Assembly: GCA_002269645.1 (NCBI GenBank)
Contig: NIVC01001130.1
Span: 1 to 64,000 of the forward strand
DNA length: 64,000 nucleotides
From: Macrostomum lignano
Taxonomy: Eukaryota
Reading direction: 5' to 3'
Below, in pieces: positions 46,873 to 58,559 of this stretch (position 1 is the first letter of the stretch; every line of letters begins with the position of its first letter). A model generated the notes under the pieces. It was not told the DNA's origin and did no database searches. It worked only from the letters and a program-made list of their open reading frames with translations. The position numbers were made by a program, and so were the translations under genes.

Positions 46873-47302
46873 TTCGGTTTCATTCGCCTCTTCTGTCTTG
46901 TCAGTGTTGTCCTCGTGCGTTGTCTTTTTTCGATCAAGCTGATGTCAAGTTCCGGGACTGTGAAGTCCATTTCCAAGTCATCAATTGTGAACACTTGCTG
47001 TTTTTGCTGCTCATTTTCCGGTGTGTACGTGAATGCATTCGCGTATCGTGGCATTGCTTGCGTTGGCTGTCTTTGTGTGTACCTGGCGTTGCGTGGCCTG
47101 TAGCTATTATTTCTGAAGCGGCCGTCATTTCCGAAGCGGCCATCATTTCCGGAGCGGTCATTATTTCCGAAGCGTCTATCATTTCCGAAGCGTCTCATGC
47201 CTTGTTGTTGGCAATTTTGATACTGCTGCCATGGTTTCTGCGGCTTTTGATTGTTGAATGCTTGCCGCGGCTTGTCGTATCTTGTTGACTAATGAGGACC
47301 AT
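46869..47302 (-). pseudogene. gag: Gag of copy 5 with capsid and zinc knuckle deleted (~0.7 kb)
   Basis: ATG at 47302 joined directly to sequence following the CCHC motif. Confidence 0.85.
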
Positions 47303-48015
47303 GTTGTTGATAGGATAGAACGGTAGTTCAAGATCTGGATCGATTTGTAACGGATCGTCCAGTGTAGTGTTTGCCTCGGAATAAACCTCGACTGTAACGA
47401 ATTGCCTTGTGGTGTCGATCTGTTATTCGTTGGCCTCGAAGTTGCGGCTTGCTGCCACTGGTTGTCCTCAATTGAACTCGTTTTGTTCGCTTGCTGATTT
47501 CGCACTTATGCGGCGTCCCGCAAAGTGTATCTTCAAGTTGAAGTGGACTTGTCTTTTGCTTTGCAAAGGCTTTTTTCTCTTCTTTGACTTCTCTCGTTTG
47601 TCAATTAACTCCGCTCTCCACGAAGTTTCAATTAATTTCGGTTTTGTTTTAGTTTTTGTGCCGGCAAAATGTTTCAGTTATTTTTTGTTTGTTTTGCGTC
47701 GACGATTCTTTTATTTTCGGTTTGTATTCAGTGTACCGACGAAGTTAATTTCGGTTTTGTTTTTAAACTCACACTTGCTCAAGCTCGTTAAAACAAAATT
47801 TTCAACACGCGTGCTCAAACTGTACTCAAATTTGACAGGTGCTCAAACCTGTACACTAAATTTTTACTCGAGTTTCAAAACGTACGGACTTCAAAAGTGT
47901 TAACTCTAACACGTGCGCGCAAAATTAATGAAGTCGCTCTTTCGTCACTTTACAATAGCTTGGCCAGGCTATTGCTCAAAAGTTTGAGTAGTGTCGAGAG
48001 GGCGAGATCACCAAT

Positions 48016-49359
48016 TGATGTGTTCCTTATTACCAGTCTTTTGATAATCAAGGAACCACCACTTCTAGCTATTTAGCTAGGCAACCCAGTTATCAACAAG
48101 GTATTACTTACCTCGACTTTCCTCAGAGATATCTCTTCTTAATTCGCGCGGTAGATTCTCGTTGATCTCGTCTGTTGATCCTTCGGCGATCGCGTAGACC
48201 AGGTTCTGTGTGTCTCCTGTTTCGGGCCCTTTGCTTCTTTGTTACTTCCGATGAAGTAACGTCCGGTCGGTAATGTAGTCAGGGCCAATCAGATTCTTCT
48301 TTGATGTGTCCCTTATTACCTGCCTTCGATAATCAAGGAACAATCACTTCTAGCTCTGTAGCTAGGCAACCCAGTAATCAAATGAAGGTATGTATTACCT
48401 TGAGTCCTGTCTCGGAGAGCTCTTCCGTGTTCTGTAGTTCTCGGACTTCCTTTGACCCTCGAACTTCGTTAGACGTCTATGTTCGTAACCAGGTCCGCGT
48501 TCCTTTACGTCCACTGAAGTCGTTTCCGGCCGGTATCTGTAGTGCGGACCAATGGGAAGCTTCCAAATCAACAATGGGGATCCCTGCGCCAAACTGCGGT
48601 TTAATATAAGCCTACTCCTTCTAGTAGTGCCTCTATGCACTCTAGGTATGGCTCCGGAAACCACTGATAGTCTTCTAAGATCTATCAGGGGCAGTCCTCC
48701 TGGAGACTGCAACCAGTAGAGTCTAAACAGACTCAGGAGTCTCAACAGACTCACAATAAACTCAAGTCCCTCTTAGACTTGAGCGAGACGTCTCAACCAA
48801 CAGGCGCAAATGAGTAAGGCTTACCGCAAGAACTCGACCACGTCTTCGAGTTGCTTCAGGAAGTCTGCTGCAGATCTTCCTCTTCGGAGCTTTCTCTCTC
48901 GGAGATTCTTGGCTCCGGGTCCGTTCCGGACCACTTGTATTTATAGGCAAATGGACCCCCATGAGGTCACGTGGGTCCAACTCTTCAGCTGTCAAAAAGG
49001 TCACGGTTTGGTTGCTGTCAAACTTGGCAGGGTAGAAAGTTACTCCATTGGTTCAGTGTAAAAGCGCGTGATTGGTCATCGCATTCGAGTTATTTTTAGT
49101 TACATTTGATTGGTTCACGTGCGTACGGTTGAATGATGCATTTCTCCTGGGGTTTGAGTTTGACAAGTGCAGGTTACACGTGATTGGGTGATTTCTAAAT
49201 TTAGCATGCTCGAGGTCTCTCTCTTCCTATTGGTTAGTCCGAATATACTTATAGTTCAAAGCATACCTTTATTCATGCTCTTCAATTTACTACTAAATAA
49301 AATGTGTGAGTAGTACATTAACACTTTTATGTCTTCTTTACGGGAGGTAGAACACTACA
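48016..49359 (-). repeat. Composite LTR, near-identical to 37563-38906
   Basis: All boundaries offset by 10,453 nt. Confidence 0.88.
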
Positions 49360-49376
49360 AAATCTCCCATGTTTAC

Positions 49377-49647
49377 ATGAATCACTATGTCGCCATATGT
49401 TGCAACATGATTCATCCGCTATAAATAGCCACATGATTCATATGCTATAAATAGCAACTTGCATCATTTTCTATCTTAAGTGCGCATGCATGCACATGCT
49501 TACTTACAGTAGTATCTATGATTTTTACTTTTTACTTTTATCGGGAGGTAGAACACTCTACACGTGTACTTACTTACTTATAGTAGCATTATACGATTAT
49601 CTTCTTTTATCCTTTTTTAACGGGAGGTAGAACACTCTACATCTACA
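49377..49647 (-). repeat. Stacked U3-end fragments of type III and type I LTRs
   Basis: Extra GGTAGAACACTCTACA termini at 49562 and 49641, then a PPT. Confidence 0.8.
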
Positions 49648-49803
49648 AATTCTCCCACGTTTACGAAAAAACTCGTCCCGAGTTTGAGGTACAAAAATAA
49701 TAACAACCATCAAGGGATTTATTTTCCTGCTGTAACAGTTTGTGACATTGTGTAGTTTGTAAGTGTTAGCAGTGTCACCGAGAGTTAATTGCATATGGCA
49801 CCT

Positions 49804-50767
49804 TCATGCCGTCGCTGTCCGGTCTATCAGCCGAACCCGATTCTGAGCACCGTGTCCACTTGCCGCGCAGACCGCGCAGCCAGGCAGGCCAGTGCCCAGA
49901 ACAATATTTTCATAGTCTGGTTTCTGTGTTGGAGGTGTTTCTGACAGGTCTATATCATCAACTAGGATCTGCAACATTTCAACGCTTTCTTCAAACATGT
50001 CTTGAGAAGTTGCTGGGTCTCTGTCTTCTTCGAGTGTTATCATTTCTTTAAGATCCTGGGACTCGTTATCTCTGTGAGTTTCCGAAAGGTTATCGATCGT
50101 CGGAACTTGAATTAAATTTGTTTGTTTCTTAGGAATAGCCTTTTGTTGTCTTTTATTTTTTCTGAAGACTGGACTTGTTTCGGAAGAGGTAGGAATAGGT
50201 GAATATTCTTCAAACAGAGAATCCATCACGAGGCTGCTTTCGCTGCTTGTGCTATCCTTTTGTTTTTCAAACTCCTCAAGGACATTGATTGTGAAGTCGG
50301 GCATCAGGTCTTCTATCTTGAACTCTGGTTCAATGACTTAGTGTATTCCAGCTCAATAGCTTGAGCATATTGTCTGCAGACCTGAGTAGGCTGTCTTGGA
50401 GGAGGAGGATTTCTTTGTTGTCGTCGATAAGGTACCAAAGCAATTCCTTGTCTATTCTGCTGTGGGTTCCAATAGCGATTTTGAGGACGAGTCGAATTTT
50501 TTCTTGTATTGTCGTTATATTGTCTTGGGTTGCCACGAGATCGGCAGTCTCTGGCGTAATGACCAATTCTTTCACAGGTGTAGCAAGTAGGTGGCAAAGT
50601 GTATCTCGGTCGCTGTAGCATGATCGCAGAAGTTTGATGTTGCTGCATCAGCTTGCTCAATTGTTCTTCCAATTGTGTTGTATCACTACTTCGAGAAGTT
50701 AGTAGTGGGGCACTTGCTTCCCATTGCATGCCGCAACGAATTAGTTGTTCTTTTGTCTCAATGGTTT
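49804..50767 (-). pseudogene. Remnant of an older subfamily: Gag C-half with CCHC, acidic linker and RING-B tail
   Basis: CGMQWEASAP; CYTCERIGHYARDC; acidic ORF 49804-50304; WALACLAAR...IGFG-stop at 49827-49915. Confidence 0.75.
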
Positions 50768-51576
50768 TGATGTGTTCCTTACGACCAAGACCTACTTAGT
50801 AATCAAGGAACAATCACTTCTAGCACTTAGCTAGGCAACCCAGTTATCAATTGAAGGTACTGCTTACCTTGTCTTCTTATGAGAGCTCTCTTCAGTAGTT
50901 CTCGTCTGTTGTTCTCGCTATCGCTAGCGTTCCTGTCCTTCAGGGAATGTAGACGTCTAGTATCAGTTGCCCTGGTCCTGTATCTCCTTGTACTTCCAAT
51001 TGAAGTTAGTTCTGGCCGGTGTCTGCAGTCAGGACCAATCAGAGGCCTCGTATCAAACAATGGGTACCCTGCGCCGAATAGCGGTTTCTCCTTAGCCTTC
51101 TCCTTCTAGTAGTGCCTCTATTCACTCTAGGTAATGCTCCGGTAATCTCTAATAGATCCTCTAAGATCTAGAGTCTCAAGAGACTCAATAGACTCTAACA
51201 CTATAACAACAGAGAGTCGACTCAACAACAACTGGCGCAAATAAAAAAAGGCTTACCGCAACAACTCCACCGAGTCTCGATTGACTTGGTGATCAGGAAG
51301 TCTCGCTAAGGACTTCCTCTTCAGAGCGCTCCTCTTCCGTGGGGAGAATGGCTCCGGTACCACTTTGGACCGCTTGTATTTATAGACGAATTTGCAGTCC
51401 AAAATAGCATTATAACTCATGTGCTGCGCTATAAGGGGTAACATAACTCATTGCGTAATATATAGTAACATGATTCTTTGTTAATATTTAGGTGCGCATG
51501 CGTGCACTTACTTACTTACAGTAGCATCCTATGATTAACTTCTTTTACCCTTTTTTACGGGAGGTAGAACACTACA
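50768..51576 (-). repeat. Divergent LTR (809 bp)
   Basis: TG...CA termini; TATA; PPT adjacent. Confidence 0.85.
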
Positions 51577-51797
51577 AAATCTCCCTTTTTTACGACAAAA
51601 CTCGTCCCGAGTTGTAGCAACGAAATAATAAAATCCTGCTTGGTTAAGTATTTGATTTTTGTATTAGAAACATGTAGTTGCACTGTTTGTTAATAATAGT
51701 TAGTATTGTTAAGCTCTTCGTTCAGTTATAGATAGTAAACCTTATTTCACTTAATTGACAGATGGCACCTGTCGTCATCTCGTTGCTGCCGAGGCAT

Positions 51798-51947
51798 TCA
51801 GCCGAAACTGGTCTTGAGCAGGTTGGACACCTGCTGCGCCGACCACGCCGTCAGGCATGCCACCGCCCAGAACAGCGGCTGAAACTTTGTGAATCGCGGA
51901 TCCTCGGTTTGCTCCAGCAAATACAAATAGGCGTCTATGGCCGTGAG
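51798..51947 (-). pseudogene. RING-B C-terminal remnant at the right edge of the array
   Basis: LTAIDAYLYLLEQTEDPRF...SFG-stop. Confidence 0.8.
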
Positions 51948-52060
51948 TAGTAATAGAAAATTACGTCCATACCCCATTTTTCAATTGCAAAATACGTAAT
52001 AAGGTACCCTTCAGAAATTTTATTACGCACATACCTTTTTTCTATTAAAAATCAAGTAGT

Positions 52061-52302
52061 AAGGTACCGAACCAAATGGTAGGGTATACAACAGCAAGTC
52101 TGACTACACCTCACCGTACCCACAAAGAATTCAAAAGAAGAAAAGATCTCAATTTCGATCAACCAAGCAACTTGTCCAAAAAGGTACCGAACCAAATCGT
52201 CGGGTATTATACAGGAATTCCAACTACACTGCACGGTACCCACAAATAATTCAAAAGAAGAAAATGTCCCAAGTCCGATCAACTGACCAACTAGTCCAAA
52301 AA
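52061..52302. repeat. Two imperfect ~120-bp tandem repeats
   Basis: AAGGTACCGAACCAAAT...TACCCACAAA...TTCAAAAGAAGAAAA twice. Confidence 0.8.
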
Positions 52303-53187
52303 CGCATTTTCAGTATATTTCTAAACCAAGCGAATGAAAATATTCACCGACTCTTCGTCCACGCCCCCCCCCCCTTAAGTTTAAGGATCTCGGCGACGCA
52401 CCCGCGGCGGAGCGCGCATGTATACCATCTTAAAACTATTCGCAGTCTCGTCCACCCGGAATCTGGCCACACTCTCAATGGACACGGAGCCGTCGGACCT
52501 CAAGTGGCGGCAGTAGCCAGCACCGTCCAAAGAAGTGCAGCGGCGGTCGGATGGTAGTCCCCACGCCGTCGCGGGTACCCCCGTCCCGTGTCGTCCGAGT
52601 AGATGAAATCAGGACGGTGTGCCGGGCTGAGGGAATTAATCAATCCGGGCGTTCGTCATCAGCCGCCGCGGCGTATAAGCAGTCGCCACGCACACGGCCC
52701 TGGCCACGGTGTCAAGCACCTGCGTCTGTGGAAGCCCGGCCTGCTATCCATCCAGGCGCATGCGCTGGATCTGCGCGCGAAGCGCAGCAACCGAGGGGTT
52801 CTGGCACCTGTCATACCGTACGTATCGCACCAACGCGTTGAAAATTGCCCTGCGGGAGGAGCAGGGTGCAGCTCCACTCGGGGTCGGCTCATGACGCTCG
52901 TTTGATTCGGCCATTGCAAAGATGTAGGTTCAATCTCACCGTAAAATGTAGGTCTAATCTCACTATCTGTGGGCAACTCTGACTCTGAGCCAACCATCCG
53001 CTCGATTATATGTCAGTGTGGACTCAATGTGGACCCGGGGCGGGGGTGCGGCTCGAGGATGAGGGGGGAAAGTCCACCTGCGCCCCTCCCCGCCCTCATG
53101 CGCCCAAGAAACCGAAACCTGCAGCTACGACCGGCTGGCCCGGCTGAAGGCCCTTTCCTGCCAGTGGGCGACCGGCTGGACTTTCAC

Positions 53188-53465
53188 TTAGCGAGATAGT
53201 AATACAATAGAGCACCCGGCCCCACGTGGGCGGCCTGCGGACTCTCAACTTAGCGAGACAGTATTACAATAGAGCAGAGCTCGCGTGCGTGGGCCGGAAA
53301 GCACCATTATTTTCGCCAAACTGTTCAACTTATTTAATCAGCCTGCCGAACGGATTTGTTTGTCCATGGGGCGCAGGCGTGGGCCCGGAAAGCACCCATC
53401 ATTTTTGCCAGGAACTGCCCAACTTATTTAATCAGCCTGCCAAACGGATTTGTTTGTCCATGGGG
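53188..53465. repeat. Paired direct repeats (~26 bp x2, ~88 bp x2) upstream of a TATA-like CTATAAAAG near 53557
   Basis: CTTAGCGAGA...TACAATAGAGCA twice; GGAAAGCACC...AACTTATTTAATCAGCCTGCC...TTTGTCCATGGGG twice. Confidence 0.75.
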
Positions 53466-53733
53466 CAGCTGTTCCTTCGTAATTCAAGCCCACCCCCGAA
53501 AATGCCACGTGGCACAAAAAGCCAGATGGCGCCCCTCCCCACCAAATCCTGCTCTATAAAAGAAAGTAGGAAAATTCGCTCAAAATCCCAACGAGCCAAG
53601 GACAACAGGAAGCAACCCAAGCGTACGGAGACTAAACCAACCGCCGCCGGAGAACCAGGACTGCCTATCCGGTCGAAGCAGTCCTAAGCTGCGCCAACTC
53701 ATCAACGGAGCAAGACTAAACATTGGCGACGAG

Positions 53734-54246
53734 TCAATCAACGGCGAGTGCTTCTTCCGATCTGTGACGTGGACTCGGCCGGGGGAGAAGAAACGCCACC
53801 CGCTCATACTGCAGACGGAGACGCCTATGGAGCTGCAGCTGATTAACGAGAATTGCTTGCTGGGCACCGTTCAAACGCCCTTGATGTTGTAGATGCATTA
53901 AAAATGCATAGCAGCTGCCCAAGTGGCGGTCTGCCACAATAAACCGATGCGTGCATTTTGCAGCGATTTTTCGGAGCTTCATGTCGCGTCTCGCCATCTC
54001 GTGCGACACATGGACTTGAAATTCGAAAGCGGACAAGTCCCCATCGTAAAACTGCTGCAGTAGATTCTTCTCCGTGTAGCGGTGCTTTCGGTAATATTCC
54101 ACCGGCTCCCGAGCAAACTCGTACCCTCCTTTCCAGCATTCCAGCCGAGCCATCAGAGCCAGATTGCGGACAAGGGAAGACTTCCCCGCCCCAATTAGAC
54201 CTTCGATCACGTAAGTTCGAGTCTGTACACGGACTTGGGCGGCCAT
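53734..54246 (-). CDS. Deoxynucleoside kinase (dNK/TK2-like), intronless, probably C-terminally degraded
   Basis: P-loop IEGLIGAGKSS; REPVEYY; LLQQFY; FEFQ; VADRHLGS..AF in family order; lid region not recognisable. Confidence 0.8.
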   Translation of the reverse strand: MAAQVRVQTRTYVIEGLIGAGKSSLVRNLALMARLECWKGGYEFAREPVEYYRKHRYTEKNLLQQFYDGDLSAFEFQVHVSHEMARRDMKLRKIAAKCTHRFIVADRHLGSCYAFLMHLQHQGRLNGAQQAILVNQLQLHRRLRLQYERVAFLLPRPSPRHRSEEALAVD

Positions 54247-54262
54247 TTGCTGAAATGAATAA

Positions 54263-54622
54263 TTAGAAGGCTGCTTGGGGCAAATGTTGGAAAACCTCCA
54301 ACACTTGCTTTAGTTCCTCGAGATTTTGAGGACCAAAGACTATTTTCCGACTACAGAACTGGTTCAGGAACAGCCTCGGGTTGCACTGAAGCCTGCGAAA
54401 GATTGCCATAGGGAAATTTTCCTTATCCATGCTTAATCGATTTAAGAGAGCGAGAGCGCAACTGTGGGCGGCGACAACCATCGAGAGGATGGACCATTTA
54501 ACCGGAACGAGGGTACTGTGGATGGCAGCAATCAGCGCTGGTACCACCCTTTTCTCGAGCCGGAGCCTAATCCTGCATCTCGCCTTTATGGCCGACATCG
54601 CCACCTTGATGGGTGCGGCCAT
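54263..54622 (-). CDS. Hypothetical 119-aa ORF directly upstream of the dNK
   Basis: ATG start; ends 16 nt before the dNK ATG; no recognisable motif. Confidence 0.35.
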   Translation of the reverse strand: MAAPIKVAMSAIKARCRIRLRLEKRVVPALIAAIHSTLVPVKWSILSMVVAAHSCALALLNRLSMDKENFPMAIFRRLQCNPRLFLNQFCSRKIVFGPQNLEELKQVLEVFQHLPQAAF

Positions 54623-55719
54623 TGGCGGATCCGTCGTAACGGTGAGATGTGGACAATCGTGGCCGAGGAGCCGTCTGTGTATGGGCCTCTAAGAATAATG
54701 GTTCGCGAGAATATGCCTGGACCGCCTATACGACGGGCGGCTTGTAATTCTGACTCGGGCTAAGGTGAATTGTAAGCATTGCGTTCACGCGCTTACCTAA
54801 TAACTAACAACGCTACAGCCCTTACACACAATCCAACCCCAGCATTGAGTGTGTGTGTGTGTGTATGTACGTGAAAAGAAATATTAATCGCTTCAAGTGT
54901 TACTTCAACGCGATGATAATACTGTGTTCTTAATTTGTGCAAAAAATTAAGTTTCTATCCAACGCTTAATGCGAATTGTGCGCACGGCAAGCTTTGAACA
55001 ACGTTTAGATCTTACACTAGAACTAATACGATGAGCTTAAACCTACATGTAGGAATTTGCGCTACGAGCCTTTGAGTGAAAACCAGAGTCCTAAAGACCA
55101 AGACAGAACGAGACTATCAAAATTTAGGTTTCATACAAAAAGTTAGTTGAAGAAAAAAAATACACGTTTATTCAGCACGGGAATGAGATTTAGTGATAAA
55201 ACACCAAAAAGACACTCAAAATTAGAGACACTCCAATTAATGCTGAAAAATAGAAAGATTAAGCTAGACAGAGGGCCTTAGAACCAACACGTAAATAATA
55301 TAAAATTAATCTGTGTTATTGGGAAAGTAAGCAACAATGGCCACAAGCATAAAAGGTTAAAAAATAAAAGGAATGAGCAGGGGTCGAACCATCAGCCATG
55401 CATTTGTACACAACGCGAAAATTAAATTTAAAAGTAAATTTAAGCAGGATAAGCAGTTGCATAACATAGGTAGAGGTCTGCTGATCGCAGATGCAGAAGT
55501 AAAAGCAAAAAAATAAGCACCGTGTGTTAGCACCAGTACATTAGCATTTTGTTCTAGAAATTGCGCGGCTTCCATCACACCAAAGCCTGGGCAGTCAGAC
55601 CATGCATTCGCTGCGACCTGCGATAGGACGGTATCCATTTCTATCATCTCGCCGTATTGGTTTGGGGAATCTCCCTCATTAATGCTTTCCAGGGGAATTG
55701 CGTGCCATTCGAGCCGTGG

Positions 55720-55954
55720 GGTCGATTCCAGAGGTGCAGTGCATGCAGACGACTACAGCGGAGGCGTTGATCCCTCGAATGCACTCGATGTTTGCGCGAT
55801 TTGGCGTTCCACAAGAACTGGTAACCGACAACGGTCCGCCCTTCTCGTCAGCGGAGTTCAAGCGCTTCCTGACCAGCTACGGCGTCAAGCAACGGCTCCC
55901 CCGCTCTATCCAGCGGCCAACGGCATGTCGGAGAGACTCAACCGACTAATGTAA
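55720..55954 (+). pseudogene. Integrase core fragment of another Gypsy family
   Basis: FARFGVPQELVTDNGPPFSSAEF, then frameshift to YPAANGMSER. Confidence 0.85.
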
Positions 55955-55982
55955 TGGATTCATTTCTAATGTCTCATTCTTA

Positions 55983-56175
55983 GGGCCGTATGCAGAAAGC
56001 TTAGTCCAGACTAGCTAGTCCGGACTTGGGTAGTTCAGTCTATGGTCTATGGTCTACCTAACCTAGTTCTGTCTATAGAAGACCGGTCTGACTTGGCATT
56101 TCTGCATACAAATCCAAGTCCAGACTAGCTTTTCAAGACCGGACTACCCTAGACAGAGCTTTCTGCATAGGGCCC
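55983..56175. mobile_element. MITE (193 bp), PIF/Harbinger-like
   Basis: 19-bp TIRs GGGCC(G/C)TATGCAGAAAGCT; flanks TTA and ATA. Confidence 0.7.
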
Positions 56176-56179
56176 ATAG

Positions 56180-56480
56180 TCTATGTCTATTCTCACGCCA
56201 TTTACAATGGTCTCAATAGTCATAGGCGCGTCATAGTTGGCTTCTGAGTTCTTAGCCAGTCTCACAGGGATTCGCAGTGCACTATTAGGCGGGATGACTG
56301 CTCTCTCCTGAGTGTAAACACGGCAAACTTTCACTGGCAAATGAGTGTACTACATGGGAACACAAGTCCTCTCTTTTATAATTAGCATTCCTTTGGCTAA
56401 ATGGACGCTTTCACAGCGTTCCATGAAAAACTCCATGCCTAGGATATTATCGCTATCATGACTGCACAATAGGAATTCAA
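56180..56480 (-). pseudogene. Gypsy protease C-half and post-protease domain remnant
   Basis: DNILGMEFF and RAVIPPNSALRIPVR parallel DVIVGIDTF and VIIQPESACWVR of the main family. Confidence 0.5.
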
Positions 56481-58559
56481 ATTTCTGATTTAACCACATT
56501 TTGGTCGCGGGATCATGTGGGGAAATTTTTCGAAATGTCCGCGATCCCGTTTGACCCACTGGGCAGAGCTGTCGAGACTGGGCCGGGTCCCTGACCAAGT
56601 CAACTGACTCACGCTCTGTTGCGACCCCCTACTGTCTCTGTTCTGTCTCCCACTCAGCCACACTTGCCTTTCCGGAGCCCCCCTTTTTTGTACACCTCGC
56701 CTGCCGCCCCATTCCTCACGCGCCCCACCCCATTTATCATGTACTTCTCATGTTTCCCATCTTTTTGTCATGTTTTAGCATGGTTTCTTGCGCTGTCCCC
56801 TCCTCATCCCGTGCCTACTTACAGTATTGTTTGTGCTCGTCGTCACCCCATCTCCTTTTAGAACCCCAAGTGGTGACGCAAGGCTACTGACCCCTCCCTC
56901 CCCCCTACGACTGATCACCCTCCTCTTGCATAACCTTTCTCATGCTATTGTTCTCTTCCCAAGATTTCTCATGCGACACCCACCCCTCCTCCGCTTCTAT
57001 TATTCTCGCTTTTTATTCTTTTGTTCTCTTTTTCGCACCCAATTAGCACCTTCCTCTCAATGTTTACTTTTCTAGTGTTCTCTGTTCTCCCAAATTCTCC
57101 CCGTTTTCCATTTCCTTTGTTCTCGGTCTGGATCCCATTGTTCTCAATGTTTGCTTGCGCAACACTTTTCCGACCCCCGCTGTGCTCATTTTCCACCCAC
57201 CCCTCCTCCGGATTGCGCAATTCTCCCATTTCTCATGTTGCTCATCCATTCTCAGACTTCTCATCATGACTCATTCTGACTTCTGATCTTCCCGGCAGCC
57301 AATCAGAGATAGGGAGTCATGGAAACGACCTTGGAGCGGCGGCCGTGAGGACTATTTAAGGAAGTGATTTTCGGCGTGAGAACCTCCAACTTTACTTTTT
57401 ACTTGTCTCTACTTTTGGTCTTTGGTCTTCTCCAAGACCTTCGCCCAGCTTGGCTTCTCGTCAGATGCCGATCTGACCCCCATTCGTCTATAGGACGAAC
57501 CTCTGCCGGCCCGCGGTCCGATACCGCCCAGCATCCACAGCATCACCTGAGCTTCATCAGCGCCTCGTCGCTCCAGCGCATCGCCGCTTCTCTATCTGCC
57601 TGTCCGCAGTCTACAGCCACCCTCGGTCACTCCATCGCTCTCTCTCTCTCTCTGTGCAGCTGCCGGTGAGTTCCTGTAAAAAATTTTGCTCTAATTGCCT
57701 TTGCTTATCCGGGGTCTGCTTTTTTCCCATTGCTTGATTAGAGAGCTGAGCCAATTGTGTACCGTACTTTGCTGTATTTTACTCAATAGTGAAGCCGCCT
57801 AATTGCCTGTTTATTTCGCCTAAGGGCCTAATTATTAACCATTACTAAACTTCTCATTTTTCACATTTTTACCATCATTTCACTCATGGCCTGCTGAGCC
57901 TGGATGGCAAGCATCCTTAGTTTGGGTAAGCTAATAGTTTCTCCTCGTACAAAGCCCGCATGTGTGTGCGTGCCGCGGGTCCGAGTGTGCGTGCAGTAGA
58001 GGGGATTAGCGAGTCTTGGCACAGGAAGGTTGCAACCCCATGCTGACGCGTCCCTTCGCCCTGAGCAATCTAAACGATAGACAGTACATGTTCATCTCAC
58101 ACTACTCTTAGTAATTGAAGCTGCAAGCCCGCCTCGCTCACAGCCACAAAGGATCCCCTGCTGAGAAATCCTCCAGATTGAGCCCAGAGTTCCCGATCAT
58201 GCCCCAAGCAAAGTCCCTGTACTCGGCTGCATGTGTCTCCCTGTTAGCCTAAATCCCCTGGTAACCAATCCAGGCGGGGCTCTAGCCTTGAAAGGTCTGG
58301 TCGTAAGATCCAGGTTCGCCAGGTCACATAGAGTGGTGGCAGCCATTCGGTCATGCTATGACCGAGTGACCAATTATTGCACCTTGGATACAGGTGGGGT
58401 CCATGTGGGTCCTTGGCCCTCTGGTCACGAAAGCGCTACTAAAGCTATCAATCATGTGGGCGGGACAGTCTGGTGCTGGAGGTCCGTCAGGTCATTGCCC
58501 GGTCATAGGCAGCCTACGGTCATTGCCCCCTATGGTTATACGCTCCCCTTCCCGTGGAG

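Larger units (their letters stand above)
1..51950 (-). mobile_element. Array of nested and tandem copies of one env-bearing Ty3/Gypsy (Metaviridae-like) LTR retroelement family; continues past the left edge
   Basis: Recurrent LTRs (plus-strand TGATGTG...CTACA), PBS, PPT, and gag/env/PR/RT/RH/IN/RING ORFs, all on the minus strand; pol order PR-RT-RH-IN. Confidence 0.95.

Noticed and set aside
4100-47903. Many plus-strand ORFs of 60-357 aa
   Set aside because: Antisense shadows of the gag/linker/env/pol frame with biased composition and no domains
983-50767. Target-site duplications around main-family copies
   Set aside because: Left flanks (AAAAG, CCTGA, GTCTC, GGTTT) match neither right flank (GCGGT, AATAC)
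55357-55647. 96-aa hydrophobic ORF beside the dNK region
   Set aside because: No motif or supporting context; cannot be supported as a gene
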